This document shows, piece after piece, positions 1 through 10,444 of a stretch of 64,000 bases of DNA. The DNA is from Nitrosarchaeum sp. GTDB lineage: Archaea; Thermoproteota; Nitrososphaeria; Nitrososphaerales; Nitrosopumilaceae. The position numbers were made by a program, and so were the translations under genes. The stretch's first letter is position 1, and each line of letters starts with the position of its first letter. The stretch is taken from positions 1,312,001 through 1,376,000 of the forward strand of contig OZ245020.1 of NCBI GenBank assembly GCA_965223865.1. Direction: 5' to 3'. The notes under the pieces are model-generated. The model searched no databases. It was not told where the DNA came from and was given only the letters and a program-made list of their open reading frames with translations.

Positions 1-193
1 TGTCAGTTTCAACATATGATGTAATCAAAGAATATGGGCCTAGTTTCTCATCTGTTTTTTCAATATATTGACGTAATTCTATCTTATTTACAGAAAAACC
101 GTCTTGCACAAAATCGCCTGACTTGAATACCACTTCTACCTCTTTTGGTTTTTGACTTATTCTTTTTGGATCAGGTACATCAATTATTTTCAT
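1..193 (-). CDS. hypothetical protein, N-terminal part (runs off window)
   Basis: Hand-translated open frame from ATG at 193: MKIIDVPDPKRISQKPKEVEVVFKSGDF...; abuts the rhodanese-like gene. Confidence 0.7.
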   Translation of the reverse strand, partial: MKIIDVPDPKRISQKPKEVEVVFKSGDFVQDGFSVNKIELRQYIEKTDEKLGPYSLITSYVETD

Positions 194-194
194 A

Positions 195-542
195 CTATGG
201 ATAGCCAGTTCCGACATAAGATATGTTTGTGCAGTAAAAACCCTGAGTCCATCTCTTTATACCGCCAATTAGAAAAAAAGCCTCAATATTGTGATTGCGA
301 AGCATAATTACTATCTTTTTTGATTGCTCCTCGCTGTAACTAACCAAGACTGGCTTTGAGTTTTGAGGTACATCTAATAATTTTTCTTCATCATACTTTA
401 CAAGTATTGATTTTTTAATGTGTCCCTTTGCAAAATCTTCTTTTTTTCTCAAATCACATATCACCAATGATGAATCAGTTTTTACCATGTCTGATAACTG
501 AAACTCTGTTAATCCAAATGAATCTTCATTCGACATTACCAA
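195..542 (-). CDS. rhodanese-like domain protein
   Basis: DLR...F.KGHI..S and L.GGI..W rhodanese motifs. Confidence 0.75.
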   Translation of the reverse strand: MVMSNEDSFGLTEFQLSDMVKTDSSLVICDLRKKEDFAKGHIKKSILVKYDEEKLLDVPQNSKPVLVSYSEEQSKKIVIMLRNHNIEAFFLIGGIKRWTQGFYCTNISYVGTGYP

Positions 543-613
543 TCAAGTTAAAACAGGTTAGAGTGTAAAGTTTAGTCGGAAGTATTAATTACAGTTATTT
601 TTTATTTTGAAAA

Positions 614-1702
614 GTGGATCCACACAAATTTCATGGCAAAGATATTCCTCATATAAAATTAGATCCAAAAATGACAATAGAACAGCTTGTAGATGTTTTT
701 GCAAGTTCGGGATTTAATGGCAGAAAGTTAGGAGAGGCTGCAAAACTTTATGCAAAAATGATTGAAGAAAATACCACTATTTGTCTTACTGTTTCAGGAG
801 CTATGACTCCTGTAGGATTTGGTGGTATAATTAAAACACTAATTGAAAGGGGGTTTGTGGATTGGATAGTAACAACTGGAGCAAATGTCTATCATGAGGA
901 CCATTTTGCATGGGGTCTGCCAGTAAAACAAGGACATTTTGATGTAGATGATATGAAACTATATGAAAATGAAATCGTCCGAATAAGAGATGTTTACATC
1001 AAATTTTATGAAACTTTGGAAGCCGAAGATCAAATTATTCAAAAAATGTTTTCAAAAGATTTTACAGATAAACCATTTACTACTGCAGAGTTTTGTAATC
1101 TAATGGGAAAGATTAGCAAAGAAAAATCAAAGTTTCCTGAAAAAAGTTTCATTACAGCTGCATATGAGTATGATGTCCCAGTATACATCTCTACAATGAA
1201 AGATTCATCCCTTGCTCTAAACCTTGCCGTTCAAAGATTACAAGACAAAATTTACAGTCTGGATTTTGTAAGAGAAATTATAGAGCAAGCCTCAATTCTT
1301 TATAATTCAAAAAAATCAGGCATAATTGAGCTTGGTGGTGGTGTTCCAAAAAACACAGCTCAGCAAACCGGACCTCTCTTAGATCAAATTCTTCGAAGAA
1401 ATGACGGGGGACAAGACTATGTTATACAGATTACAGATGCTAGACCTGATACAGGCGGACTTTCTGGCGCAACCTTACAAGAAGGAAAAAGCTGGGGCAA
1501 AGTACAAGATGCCCATCATGGAATGATTACAGTTTATGCTGATGCTACAATTGCATTTCCAATTTTGGCATTGTATGTACTTAGTAATCAAAAATCAAGA
1601 AAACCAAAAAGACTATACAAAAAATTAAACAAGTTCTATGAAAAATTAAGTCAGGATTATTTCAAAACACCAGGAATTACAAGAAACAAGAAAAAGAATT
1701 AA
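614..1702 (+). CDS. deoxyhypusine synthase / homospermidine synthase family protein
   Basis: SGAM, TTGAN, GGGVPKN, GGLSGA and EGKSWGK (catalytic Lys) motifs. Confidence 0.9.
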   Translation: MDPHKFHGKDIPHIKLDPKMTIEQLVDVFASSGFNGRKLGEAAKLYAKMIEENTTICLTVSGAMTPVGFGGIIKTLIERGFVDWIVTTGANVYHEDHFAWGLPVKQGHFDVDDMKLYENEIVRIRDVYIKFYETLEAEDQIIQKMFSKDFTDKPFTTAEFCNLMGKISKEKSKFPEKSFITAAYEYDVPVYISTMKDSSLALNLAVQRLQDKIYSLDFVREIIEQASILYNSKKSGIIELGGGVPKNTAQQTGPLLDQILRRNDGGQDYVIQITDARPDTGGLSGATLQEGKSWGKVQDAHHGMITVYADATIAFPILALYVLSNQKSRKPKRLYKKLNKFYEKLSQDYFKTPGITRNKKKN

Positions 1703-1911
1703 AATTTATCATATCTGGCACGTTCTAATTCTCTGTCATCTTTGGATTCTTTTTTCCATTCTTTGTAGTGCTCTTTACATAGAACTGTCTTTTTACCTGC
1801 GGAGTTTACTTTAAGTCCTGCATTTTCAACTTTGGTTGTATTTAGAGAACGGGCTCCGTCATTTTCACAACCTTCAACATTGCATTTTGCGCCTTTAGAA
1901 ACTACACCCAT
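1699..1911 (-). CDS. small conserved Zn-binding hypothetical protein
   Basis: C-x4-C ... C-x2-H pattern, 70 aa. Confidence 0.7.
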   Translation of the reverse strand: MGVVSKGAKCNVEGCENDGARSLNTTKVENAGLKVNSAGKKTVLCKEHYKEWKKESKDDRELERARYDKF

Positions 1912-2030
1912 GATATTGTGTAACTAAGATGTTATTTATATTTGAAAAATACTAGTTTGTCTTACTGTTATGTATTTTTTATATTAGATATTGTACATCG
2001 TTTATAAGAGGAATATTTTTTTCAAAAAAT

Positions 2031-2342
2031 ATGGGTGGAGCAAAAAAAGTCAGTCCTGCAAAACAGGAAAAATCTCAAAGTTCCAAGGATTCAAAGAAAG
2101 GCAAAAAAGACAAGGGAGAAGGCGGACCAGCAAAAGCAGAGATTACTGTAATTGTTGATGAACAACAAGCAATGAAAATCATCCAAAATTCCAAAGTAGT
2201 TACAGTCCAAGATTTGGCAAGACAAACAGGAGTTAAAATTTCGGCAGCAAATGCATTCCTAAGAGATTCTGTTAAGAAAGGAACAGCAAAATGTGTTGGC
2301 GGATATAGTGGTCATTACATCTATCAGGCAACTTCTTCATAA
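2031..2342 (+). CDS. rps25e: 30S ribosomal protein S25e
   Basis: Lys-rich N-terminus MGGAKK followed by winged-helix core (VT..DLA...GVKISAA..FL). Confidence 0.8.
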   Translation: MGGAKKVSPAKQEKSQSSKDSKKGKKDKGEGGPAKAEITVIVDEQQAMKIIQNSKVVTVQDLARQTGVKISAANAFLRDSVKKGTAKCVGGYSGHYIYQATSS

Positions 2343-2755
2343 AGACAAAATACATCTCCTGAACTTACATCATTTATTGCATCAAAGTTTTCACCTAGTT
2401 TTCCAATGGGAGTCATTGATTTTCCAGGTTCGGCATCAGCAAGAAAAAAACAAATGCTGCCAGAAGATGGTAAAAATGCTACATCTCCTTTTTTGAACTC
2501 GTTTTTAGATCTTTCAATTCCTGAATCTACGCCAGTTTCAAAATATACAATACTTTTTCCTAACCTATATGCATGCCCTTCTAAAGGCAATGATCTCATT
2601 ATGGTACCTACCGTTCTTGGAGATAGATGACGTTTTAGATCACACTGAATCTTTACCTTACCTTTGATTTCTAAAACCAACTGCTTTTTAGAGACTGAAG
2701 AAGAACTCAATTCGTACTTTAAAAATATTGGATTATATAACGCTTTGAAAGCCAA
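2324..2755 (-). CDS. cyclophilin-like fold protein
   Basis: SPRTV..I.RSLP and GDVAFLP.....CFF motifs; true start probably downstream of the listed one. Confidence 0.75.
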   Translation of the reverse strand: MAFKALYNPIFLKYELSSSSVSKKQLVLEIKGKVKIQCDLKRHLSPRTVGTIMRSLPLEGHAYRLGKSIVYFETGVDSGIERSKNEFKKGDVAFLPSSGSICFFLADAEPGKSMTPIGKLGENFDAINDVSSGDVFCLYEEVA

Positions 2756-2763
2756 ATGATTAC

Positions 2764-3249
2764 TTGTCTGATGCCACTGAAACTGAACTAGTAGAACCTA
2801 TAGAAGAAGAAACTCTAGTTGAACCGGAGGAAAATGCAGGATTAAACAAGGCTCTTGATACTTATCGAAAATTAATTGAGAAAAATGAAGGTAAGGAACC
2901 CCTAACTGAAAAAGAACAAGAAGCATTAGAAAAACGAATTAAAGAAATTGAACAAAGAGAAGTAGTTGAAACAGTTGCAGATCATGAACCTGAAGAGATT
3001 CCCTGTGAGAAAGGAAAAATCACAGTTGGACCACCAACATTGACTAGATTTGAAAAAGCAAGAATTATGGGTGCTAGAGCATTGCAATTATCCCAAGGTG
3101 CACCACCATTTATCCCAATTCCAAAAACTGCTAGAATTTCACTTGATATTGCAATGGAAGAGCTTGAACAAAGAGTAATCCCAATTACAATTAGAAGAGT
3201 AATGCCAAATGGAGATTACCAAAACATTCCAATTGATTATTTTGACTAG
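2764..3249 (+). CDS. rpoK: DNA-directed RNA polymerase subunit K (Rpo6)
   Basis: LTRFEKARIMGARALQLS.GAP signature. Confidence 0.95.
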   Translation: MSDATETELVEPIEEETLVEPEENAGLNKALDTYRKLIEKNEGKEPLTEKEQEALEKRIKEIEQREVVETVADHEPEEIPCEKGKITVGPPTLTRFEKARIMGARALQLSQGAPPFIPIPKTARISLDIAMEELEQRVIPITIRRVMPNGDYQNIPIDYFD

Positions 3250-3309
3250 GTTTTGTGGACCAATCGTCGATAAAACTTAAAAGAAAAAGAATTTGCTGGT
3301 TGTTGAATA

Positions 3310-3621
3310 ATGCTCATGGAAGAGATAAAGGAAGAAAATGATCAAGAGCAGATCAAAAAATCTGATGATGTAATTTACATTAGAAATGATCCTGTAATGC
3401 AATCAGCTGTAGATGTTTTGTCATTATTAGGAAGTAAAAAACAAATTATTTTACGTGCAAAAGGAAATTCAATTCCTAATGCTGTTGCAGTAGCTAATAT
3501 TATCACTGAAAAAATGCTAAAGGGTAACTCTAAAGTTGAAGATATAAAATTAGACACAGAATCTGCTCCTGGAATAGGTAGAATGCTCTCTACAGTTGAA
3601 ATTATAATAAATAAAATCTAG
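3310..3621 (+). CDS. Alba-family DNA/RNA-binding protein
   Basis: IILRAKG.SI..AVAVA and STVEI motifs. Confidence 0.8.
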   Translation: MLMEEIKEENDQEQIKKSDDVIYIRNDPVMQSAVDVLSLLGSKKQIILRAKGNSIPNAVAVANIITEKMLKGNSKVEDIKLDTESAPGIGRMLSTVEIIINKI

Positions 3622-4034
3622 TAAACGCTTCCAGGTCCCTTTAGAAGCATGTTTTCGCATTCTTTGCAGACTTTTTCATCAATGTCTGATTCTAAATTAT
3701 GATGAATCTCGCAAATGAGTAAACTAGATTTAATATAATTACAAAGACCAATAAATTTTGAAAGACTAGATGGAGTATATGCCATATCTGATGATAGATT
3801 GTCGCTTAGATCATCAATCATTGTTGCAACTTGTTTTTCAGCCAAAAGTTTTGCAATGAGAGAGGGGTCACCACGAGTACCTCTAATGTAATTGCTAACT
3901 GCTGCTTGGGTTACTCCTAGCATCTTTGAGATTTCATCTTCACGTATATTGTGATCTTCAGCTAATTTTTTTGCCAAAATTGCTCTTAGTGCAGGAATAA
4001 GAGTTTTTGATTCAATCTCAGCTGGTAGTAGCAA
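3618..4034 (-). CDS. HTH transcriptional regulator (archaeal XRE-like with C-terminal Cys/His)
   Basis: EISKMLGVTQAAVSNY..GTRG helix-turn-helix; CEIHH...C..C tail. Confidence 0.85.
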   Translation of the reverse strand: MLLPAEIESKTLIPALRAILAKKLAEDHNIREDEISKMLGVTQAAVSNYIRGTRGDPSLIAKLLAEKQVATMIDDLSDNLSSDMAYTPSSLSKFIGLCNYIKSSLLICEIHHNLESDIDEKVCKECENMLLKGPGSVY

Positions 4035-4144
4035 TAATTCACAAGAATCCTATAAGGGATTTAAAGTTTGCAAAATTAAATCATCTGTTTTACAAGTCTG
4101 CCTAAAATAGGCTAACCTATTTTAGATTCAACTACAATGCCGAA

Positions 4145-5089
4145 TTGTTGGACGAAATTTTCAAAAATTTATACAATTTACTAAAAAATTCATGTATCTC
4201 CTGTAGTTCAGACATACTTGCACTGTCTGGAGGATTAGATAGTACAATTGTTGCCTATTTTTTAAAAGAAAGAAAACCAAAAGGTATTGCAATCATTGCA
4301 CAAGACTTTGTTTCAAATGATCTCACATATTGTCAAATGGTATCAAAGCAATTTGCAATCCCATTAACAATCCAAAATACAAAAACTGCAGATATTTTAA
4401 ATGCAATTGAAGAAACCATAAAGATTCTCAAAAACTTTAACGATATTGAAATTCGAAACAACGTAGTAATGTATCTGGCAATAAATTGGGTAAAAGACCA
4501 AGGAAAAAAAGGTATAATCACAGGAGATGGTGCAGACGAACTGTTTGCAGGATATAGTTTTTTGATAAACAAACCTCCAGAAGAATTAGATAAAGAAATC
4601 AGTAGAATCTGTTCTGTAATGCATTTTCCTACACAAAAGATAGGTGATGCTTTAGGAATTAAGGTGGAATCTCCTTTTTTAGATGAAAAAATAATTGATT
4701 TTGCGAAGAAACTTCCTTCAGAACTTAAAGTGAAAAATGAAGGTGAAAAACGCCATGGAAAATGGATTTTACGTAAAACATTTGAGAAGAAAATCCCTAC
4801 TCCGATTGCCTGGAGAGAAAAATCTCCAATGCAAGATGGTTCAGGAACATCAGGGCTTACAAATCTGTTTGAATCGATAATTGAGAATGATAAATTTGAA
4901 GAACAAAAAAAGAAGATCAAGCAATCTGATGGTGTTGTAATTAGAAGCAAGGAATCAATGTATTATTATAATATTTTTAGAAAGTTTTATGACAATCCTT
5001 CTAGTGATGCAGAAAGAGTCTGCCCGAATTGTAATTATAACGTAGAGAATTCAAAATTTTGTAGAATGTGTGGTTCTTTTCCAATCTAG
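4145..5089 (+). CDS. asparagine synthase C-terminal domain protein
   Basis: SGGLDS, TGDGADELFAGY, PFLD, KWILR motifs; no glutaminase domain; C-terminal Zn ribbon. Confidence 0.85.
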   Translation: MLDEIFKNLYNLLKNSCISCSSDILALSGGLDSTIVAYFLKERKPKGIAIIAQDFVSNDLTYCQMVSKQFAIPLTIQNTKTADILNAIEETIKILKNFNDIEIRNNVVMYLAINWVKDQGKKGIITGDGADELFAGYSFLINKPPEELDKEISRICSVMHFPTQKIGDALGIKVESPFLDEKIIDFAKKLPSELKVKNEGEKRHGKWILRKTFEKKIPTPIAWREKSPMQDGSGTSGLTNLFESIIENDKFEEQKKKIKQSDGVVIRSKESMYYYNIFRKFYDNPSSDAERVCPNCNYNVENSKFCRMCGSFPI

Positions 5090-5229
5090 TTATTTTTGTA
5101 TTTACGTGGTTTTTTGATGAAAATCCGTCTGCAGCCATTACAACAAAAATAAAATTTCTTTCCATCATGTTCATGTTCAAGGGCTAACTCTTTTTCAAGT
5201 TCAATTCCACAAACTGGATCTACTGGCAC
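5086..5229 (-). CDS. YHS-domain protein (47 aa, not in ORF track)
   Basis: Hand translation MPVDPVCGIELEK...GKKFYFCCNGCRRIF.KKP.KY; DPVCG and YFC..C YHS motifs. Confidence 0.85.
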   Translation of the reverse strand: MPVDPVCGIELEKELALEHEHDGKKFYFCCNGCRRIFIKKPRKYKNN

Positions 5230-5373
5230 GAATTTTTCACTAAATGTTTCTATTTATAGATTCACTAAATTTTTTTTGTTAGCATTTTCGGATTTTTTTC
5301 TTGATATGGTTTATTTTGAAATTATTTTTTCATAAATTTAATATCAAAATATTCTCACTATCATTAATCCCAG

Positions 5374-5739
5374 TTAAGATTTGGCAATAATTTCAAGAAC
5401 TTTTTTTGGCAAAACTCCATAGTCTGCATCAGGCTCCGCAACTACATACAAAATATCTTCATTGAGAACAAAACTGATAGCCAAGGCTTTTTGCCTTGAT
5501 GCTAGTGCAAAACTAACAGGACCAAGCTGTTTATCAAACTCTTTTCTCATTTTTACTCTTAATGCGAGCTCCATGAAGATCATCTCATCATCTTTTTTGC
5601 TTTCAAGTGCCTCCACATTATCTTTCATTCCTCCTGCAACTAATCTGCCTCGTTCATTAATTACTCCTGCAAATCTTATCTTCTTATCAAGTGATTTTAT
5701 AGCCTCACAAATTTTCCCATAATCATAAATCTTTGACAA
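5374..5739 (-). CDS. roadblock/profilin-like thaumarchaeal protein (DUF6659-like)
   Basis: IRFAGVIN..GRLVAGG and MRKEFD..LG motifs. Confidence 0.75.
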   Translation of the reverse strand: MSKIYDYGKICEAIKSLDKKIRFAGVINERGRLVAGGMKDNVEALESKKDDEMIFMELALRVKMRKEFDKQLGPVSFALASRQKALAISFVLNEDILYVVAEPDADYGVLPKKVLEIIAKS

Positions 5740-5817
5740 ATTTCTCGATGTCTATCAAGGCATCCCATTTATTAGCTTTAAAAAATTCAAAACCTTCATG
5801 ATTTTATAATAAATCAA

Positions 5818-6918
5818 TTATGATGTCAATTTTTTAACTAGAGCCAAAAATTCATCTTCTGCAATTGGAGGGATTTTCATAATTTCCATGTTTTCTAATA
5901 CATGCTCGAAGGTTTTTTGACCAATCAAAGGTGCCAAGACTCCTGGAGAGGAACGAATAAACTGTAATGCTCGAAGTGATGGTTTTAATTCATTAAATTC
6001 TGGCATTACTCCAGGATTTAGTAACCTACCTTGCATTAAAGGAACACTAGTAAACACTCCAATTCCAAGTCGTACTGCTGATTCTAAAAATGAGGTGGCT
6101 TTACCATTAAATATTTGGTTTTTTGTTAGCAAGGCTTGATCATAATACATATTGTATGGCAGTTGAATAAATCTGAAACCATGTTTTTCTCCACCTGCTT
6201 TTTCTGCCATTTTAACAGTTTCTTGTAGTGACAAATATTGTGGATTCTCAGGTGGCACTCTAAAGCATTCCCATGTTGCCATTCCATAATATTTGATTTT
6301 GCCCTCAATTCGTTTTTGTTCAAATAACTCAAATACGGACTGGAGGTTTTCTAAGAATTTTTCTTTTGGAACATCTTTGATTTGCCCTTCAACTGCGTTA
6401 TGCAAATACATCAAATCAATGCAATCAAGACCTAAATTTTTCAAACTACGTTCTAATTGATCATTAAGATAAGTTGTAGTCATACAATGATACCCCGAGG
6501 TAATGTCTCCTTCTTTTATGATACCTTTTGATGAATATTCATTTTTTACATATTCCCAAAAGTCTTGTTTAATGTCAGCATCATTAGTAACGTAACCATT
6601 TTTTGTACTGACAAAAATTTGATCACGAGTAATTTTTCTTTCTTGAATTAATTCATGTATTGCAGTTCCTACTGATCGTTCAGCTTTTTGTGCTCTATAG
6701 TTAATGGCGGTATCAATTACATTGATTCCAGATTCAACTGACTGCTTTATTGCGTTTTTTACAAGTTCATCTGTTCTGTCATCTGCATCTCCTAGATATG
6801 TGCCAACACCTACATTTGATAAAGTAAGATTTTCGAATTTTTTAAAATTAAATGACAGTGCTTTAGAATTTTCTGCAAATTTTTGAGTACCTTCAGATGT
6901 GGCAAACCCCGAAATCAT
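5818..6918 (-). CDS. aldo/keto reductase
   Basis: G.GT, IDTAINY, STK, SLKNLG...IDL.YLHN, QLPYN motifs. Confidence 0.9.
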   Translation of the reverse strand: MISGFATSEGTQKFAENSKALSFNFKKFENLTLSNVGVGTYLGDADDRTDELVKNAIKQSVESGINVIDTAINYRAQKAERSVGTAIHELIQERKITRDQIFVSTKNGYVTNDADIKQDFWEYVKNEYSSKGIIKEGDITSGYHCMTTTYLNDQLERSLKNLGLDCIDLMYLHNAVEGQIKDVPKEKFLENLQSVFELFEQKRIEGKIKYYGMATWECFRVPPENPQYLSLQETVKMAEKAGGEKHGFRFIQLPYNMYYDQALLTKNQIFNGKATSFLESAVRLGIGVFTSVPLMQGRLLNPGVMPEFNELKPSLRALQFIRSSPGVLAPLIGQKTFEHVLENMEIMKIPPIAEDEFLALVKKLTS

Positions 6919-7209
6919 GAACTGTCTTTGAAAATACTACATTTATTTTAAGATCTATGCTCGTACGAGATCAATTCATACAACCTGAAATGTAATAATT
7001 ACACACAAAGAAAAGAGATTTCGTGACTGATTATGTGCATCAATCATTCAATTAGATTTACTAGAATCCTCATCACAAGTATCCCTTGGAGGGGGAGTGT
7101 CTAGAAAGAAAGGTATCTGATCTCCACCTTTTTTTCTATTAAGAAATATGATAAGGAAATGAAATTCAATTATTCAAGATGTGGCATACTAATTCAATAG
7201 TTGATGTAT

Positions 7210-7401
7210 TCACCGACAGGATATAGAAAAATCTAGTCTTACATAACCGATATTTTTGCAGATAGTACATTTAATATTTTCAACAAATTCATGACTTGAA
7301 GATGATACAAGATCAATGTTTATGGGTATCTCTATTGTAGGTTTACCTTTGCAATATGCGCAGTAAAGTTTTTCGTTTCTAAATTTAAGGGTCTGTTTCA
7401 T
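7210..7401 (-). CDS. small Zn-finger hypothetical protein
   Basis: Two CxxC pairs in 63 aa. Confidence 0.5.
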   Translation of the reverse strand: MKQTLKFRNEKLYCAYCKGKPTIEIPINIDLVSSSSHEFVENIKCTICKNIGYVRLDFSISCR

Positions 7402-7571
7402 GAAACTTGATTTTTTCTAAAATTAATAAAATCTAATTCTACAATGCGTAGAAAATTTTAAATGAATCTTGTAAAACCAAAACAATTTTTATCAATCAAA
7501 AATACTTGAGTTACTTGATTTACCCGGAAAAACCATGTTTGGTTAAGTCATATTACTGGCAGGAACCGTAT

Positions 7572-7931
7572 TTATCCTGTTAAATCTATGATAAACTGCT
7601 TTGCATCAATTATTTCCTCTTGAGAATCATATGCAATTAGGTACAGCATTGCCTTTGAGGTTTTTGGAAATGGAGTTATCTCATCCAAAATGATTTTGTT
7701 CTCAGTGGTAAATTCTGATGTGTTTGGTATGCAACTAACACATCCCATCTCATATTTGATCAATGTTTCATCATTATCCCAAGTCATTTGAACTACAGCA
7801 GAATTTCCATCATATTCTAGTACACTAACCCTGACATCATCAATTGGTTCAGCATAAGCACTACTCATTCCAAAAACAAGTATCAATATTGATATCGCTA
7901 GTAATGCCTTACCCATTATATTCAATTTCAA
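7572..7931 (-). CDS. secreted hypothetical protein
   Basis: Signal peptide ending AYA; CVSC motif. Confidence 0.7.
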   Translation of the reverse strand: MKLNIMGKALLAISILILVFGMSSAYAEPIDDVRVSVLEYDGNSAVVQMTWDNDETLIKYEMGCVSCIPNTSEFTTENKIILDEITPFPKTSKAMLYLIAYDSQEEIIDAKQFIIDLTG

Positions 7932-7966
7932 TTCAGAGTTGTGTATTAAGCATTACTGCCAAAAAT

Positions 7967-8860
7967 TTAGGTCGTAGAACCAATCAAAAAACTCAGAACA
8001 AACAATGCACCTGTAACTCTGCTAAACATCAAAGTAGATGACATTGAGGGAATCAAAGAATCTACTGAATCATAGTTTCTCTTTAAACCTATTCCTCCTT
8101 TGATCATTAAAGGGATACTCAGAAATGTGATTAAAGAAAATACTGGAAAAAATCCTGAAATTACACCAAAAATAATTACAATATAGGAAATTGCAGGAAA
8201 TACCCAAAAAATTTTAGTTGCTTTTTGTTTGCCAACAACAATCACCAAAGTTCTTCTTCCTTTTGATTTGTCCGCATCATGATCAGGAAAAGATGCAATA
8301 AAAAGAACTAATGAAGATAAAATTCCCACAACTATTCCACCCATAATCGATTCTAAAGTCAGTTGGTTTGATTGGATGAAGCATGTCCCAAGAACAATCA
8401 TAGTTCCCTTTACAGCAACAAAAAATTCTGCCAAACCGGAATCCACAATTTTTGTTGAATAAAAATAGATAGATAAAATCGCAAATCCCAAAATAATTGC
8501 AATTACAATTCCATCTGTGATTACAAAATAACTGCCTATTACAGAACCAATTATCAAAAACACAATTCCTGCTCGATAAACGGATTTAGGTTTTAGTAAT
8601 CCCTCAGGCAAAACCCCAGTACCTCCACTCATCTTGGTTCTTTTTGTTTTAGTGTCAATACCACGTTTGTAATCCCAATAATCATTTAGCAAATCAACGC
8701 TTGCATGCAGCGCCATTACTCCTCCATATGTTAATCCAGCTTCTAAAATTCCAAACGAAAAATTTTGCCACCAATTAATTGCAAGGCCAACTGAAACTGC
8801 AATTATTGAAGCTAAAAGAAATCTAATTCGAATGATCCTTAGCCAAACTGATATAGTCAA
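7967..8860 (-). CDS. UbiA/MenA-family prenyltransferase
   Basis: NDYWDYKRGID and D.DAD...GRRTL Asp-rich motifs; multiple TM helices. Confidence 0.9.
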   Translation of the reverse strand: MTISVWLRIIRIRFLLASIIAVSVGLAINWWQNFSFGILEAGLTYGGVMALHASVDLLNDYWDYKRGIDTKTKRTKMSGGTGVLPEGLLKPKSVYRAGIVFLIIGSVIGSYFVITDGIVIAIILGFAILSIYFYSTKIVDSGLAEFFVAVKGTMIVLGTCFIQSNQLTLESIMGGIVVGILSSLVLFIASFPDHDADKSKGRRTLVIVVGKQKATKIFWVFPAISYIVIIFGVISGFFPVFSLITFLSIPLMIKGGIGLKRNYDSVDSLIPSMSSTLMFSRVTGALFVLSFLIGSTT

Positions 8861-8962
8861 ACTAACTGTAAGGGAATTTTTCTAGTTAAATTTCCTCCTC
8901 TTGTCAAATTTTTAGAGAATACTTTTTTAATGTTTTAACTGAAATCTACTGCAATATCTATT

Positions 8963-9364
8963 CTAGATTAGAGATTCATCGCTAACTTCGATGGGTTTTC
9001 TTCCCATAAATCCTGAATCCTTTTCATGCCAAAATTTAATTTCAGTCTCACCGTATTTCCAACATAGCCATACCTCTTCATCAAACCTTTTGGAGGGAAA
9101 ATCAAGTAGTCCTTGTTCAATGCTTTTTACAACAACACCTGTATTCTCAAGAATCTCAACTGCCTCATAAAATTGAGTAATTGCAGAATTGAGTTTTTGC
9201 TTTAAATTAACATATTGCTCAAAAGTGTTAGTAGTAGATAGACTAATCTGAATCTCTTGTTCTAATTTTGAAACCTCATTCTTTTTTGCCAAAGCAAATT
9301 CATATTTTTTTATTACATCTGGTAAAGCAGTGTTTGCCTCATTTGTTGTAAAATAAGAAAACAT
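8963..9364 (-). CDS. DUF2203 family protein
   Basis: GLLDFP ... LCWKYGE..I.FWH....GF.GR. Confidence 0.85.
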   Translation of the reverse strand: MFSYFTTNEANTALPDVIKKYEFALAKKNEVSKLEQEIQISLSTTNTFEQYVNLKQKLNSAITQFYEAVEILENTGVVVKSIEQGLLDFPSKRFDEEVWLCWKYGETEIKFWHEKDSGFMGRKPIEVSDESLI

Positions 9365-9435
9365 GGCTTTATCATATCTGGCTTTATTAAAAATCTTAAG
9401 TGCAGATTTATTAGGAAATATTCTAGTTATATGTT

Positions 9436-9717
9436 ATGAGCCAAAAAGACCAATTAGAGATGTTAATTACTCAAACCATTAATGGTGCCATTGCCACTAT
9501 TCCTGCTTATTTAGAAGAAATAAAACAAAACAAAGAAACTTTCAAGGTGGAACAACCTGAAGAATTTGTTTTTGGGATTATTATGGGCATGGCTTTGGGA
9601 ATGAGTGGAGCATTACTTAGTGCACAAAAAGAAATTCCCACACCTGAAGATCAAATGAAGGTTCGAGATATAGTATACAAGCATATTCCAGAAATTAGAG
9701 ATAGGATTTTTAATTGA
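9436..9717 (+). CDS. hypothetical protein
   Basis: 93-aa ORF overlapping the next gene start (operon-like). Confidence 0.7.
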   Translation: MSQKDQLEMLITQTINGAIATIPAYLEEIKQNKETFKVEQPEEFVFGIIMGMALGMSGALLSAQKEIPTPEDQMKVRDIVYKHIPEIRDRIFN

Positions 9718-10112
9718 TAGAATTTTCTAACACTGAAAAAAAATTCCTTCAATCATTAGAAGAAGCAAGAATTGCAACATCTCACGATGATATCCCACAT
9801 GTAAAACCTGTATCATTTATTTTTTATGAGAATTCAATTTTGATTGCAACCGATTATGAAACTAGAACTTTGAAAAATTTGAAAATCAATCCAAACACAG
9901 CAATTACCATTGATGTTTACAAATCTGGAGAGCATAAAGCTGTATGTATTCAAGGTAAATCAAAAATAATTGAAAGTGGTAAAGAGTTTCAAAAAATTTA
10001 CAAAATGTTTTTTAAAAAATTTGCTTGGGTTAGAAATGAACCATGGGGAGAAAACGAAGCTCCTTTTTTAAAAATAACCCCCAATGTAAAAACTAGTTGG
10101 GGTTTAATATGA
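9714..10112 (+). CDS. pyridoxamine 5'-phosphate oxidase-like FMN-binding protein
   Basis: ARIAT....PHV.PV and NL..NP split-barrel motifs. Confidence 0.8.
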   Translation: MIEFSNTEKKFLQSLEEARIATSHDDIPHVKPVSFIFYENSILIATDYETRTLKNLKINPNTAITIDVYKSGEHKAVCIQGKSKIIESGKEFQKIYKMFFKKFAWVRNEPWGENEAPFLKITPNVKTSWGLI

Positions 10113-10165
10113 TCTTAAATCAAACATAGCAAAATATTAACAGGTATCAATATTTTTTAAATCAA

Positions 10166-10444
10166 ATGGGACAAAAAATCAAATGTTCACATATTCTAGT
10201 TCAAAAGCAAAGTGAAGCATTAGAAATTTGTGAGAGATTAAAAAAAGGTGAAAAGTTTGGAAAATTAGCAAAACAACTATCAATTGATTCAGGTAGTGCC
10301 AAAAAAGACGGAAATTTGGGGTATTTTACAAAGGGGATGATGGTAAAGCCCTTTGAAGATGCAGCATTTAAGCTACAGATAGGAGAGATGTCTGAACCCA
10401 TAAAAACAGAATTTGGATATCATATTATCAAAAGATTCGGATAA
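10166..10444 (+). CDS. parvulin-type peptidyl-prolyl isomerase
   Basis: SHILV, F..LA...S.D..S...G.LG, F..AAF, T.FGYHII. Confidence 0.95.
   Translation: MGQKIKCSHILVQKQSEALEICERLKKGEKFGKLAKQLSIDSGSAKKDGNLGYFTKGMMVKPFEDAAFKLQIGEMSEPIKTEFGYHIIKRFG

Noticed and set aside
4333-4950. 205-aa antisense ORF and the many similar shadow ORFs in the track (e.g. 16498-16881, 17920-18330, 33953-34270, 62617-62919)
   Set aside because: Fully overlap well-supported genes on the opposite strand or frame and have no recognisable motifs
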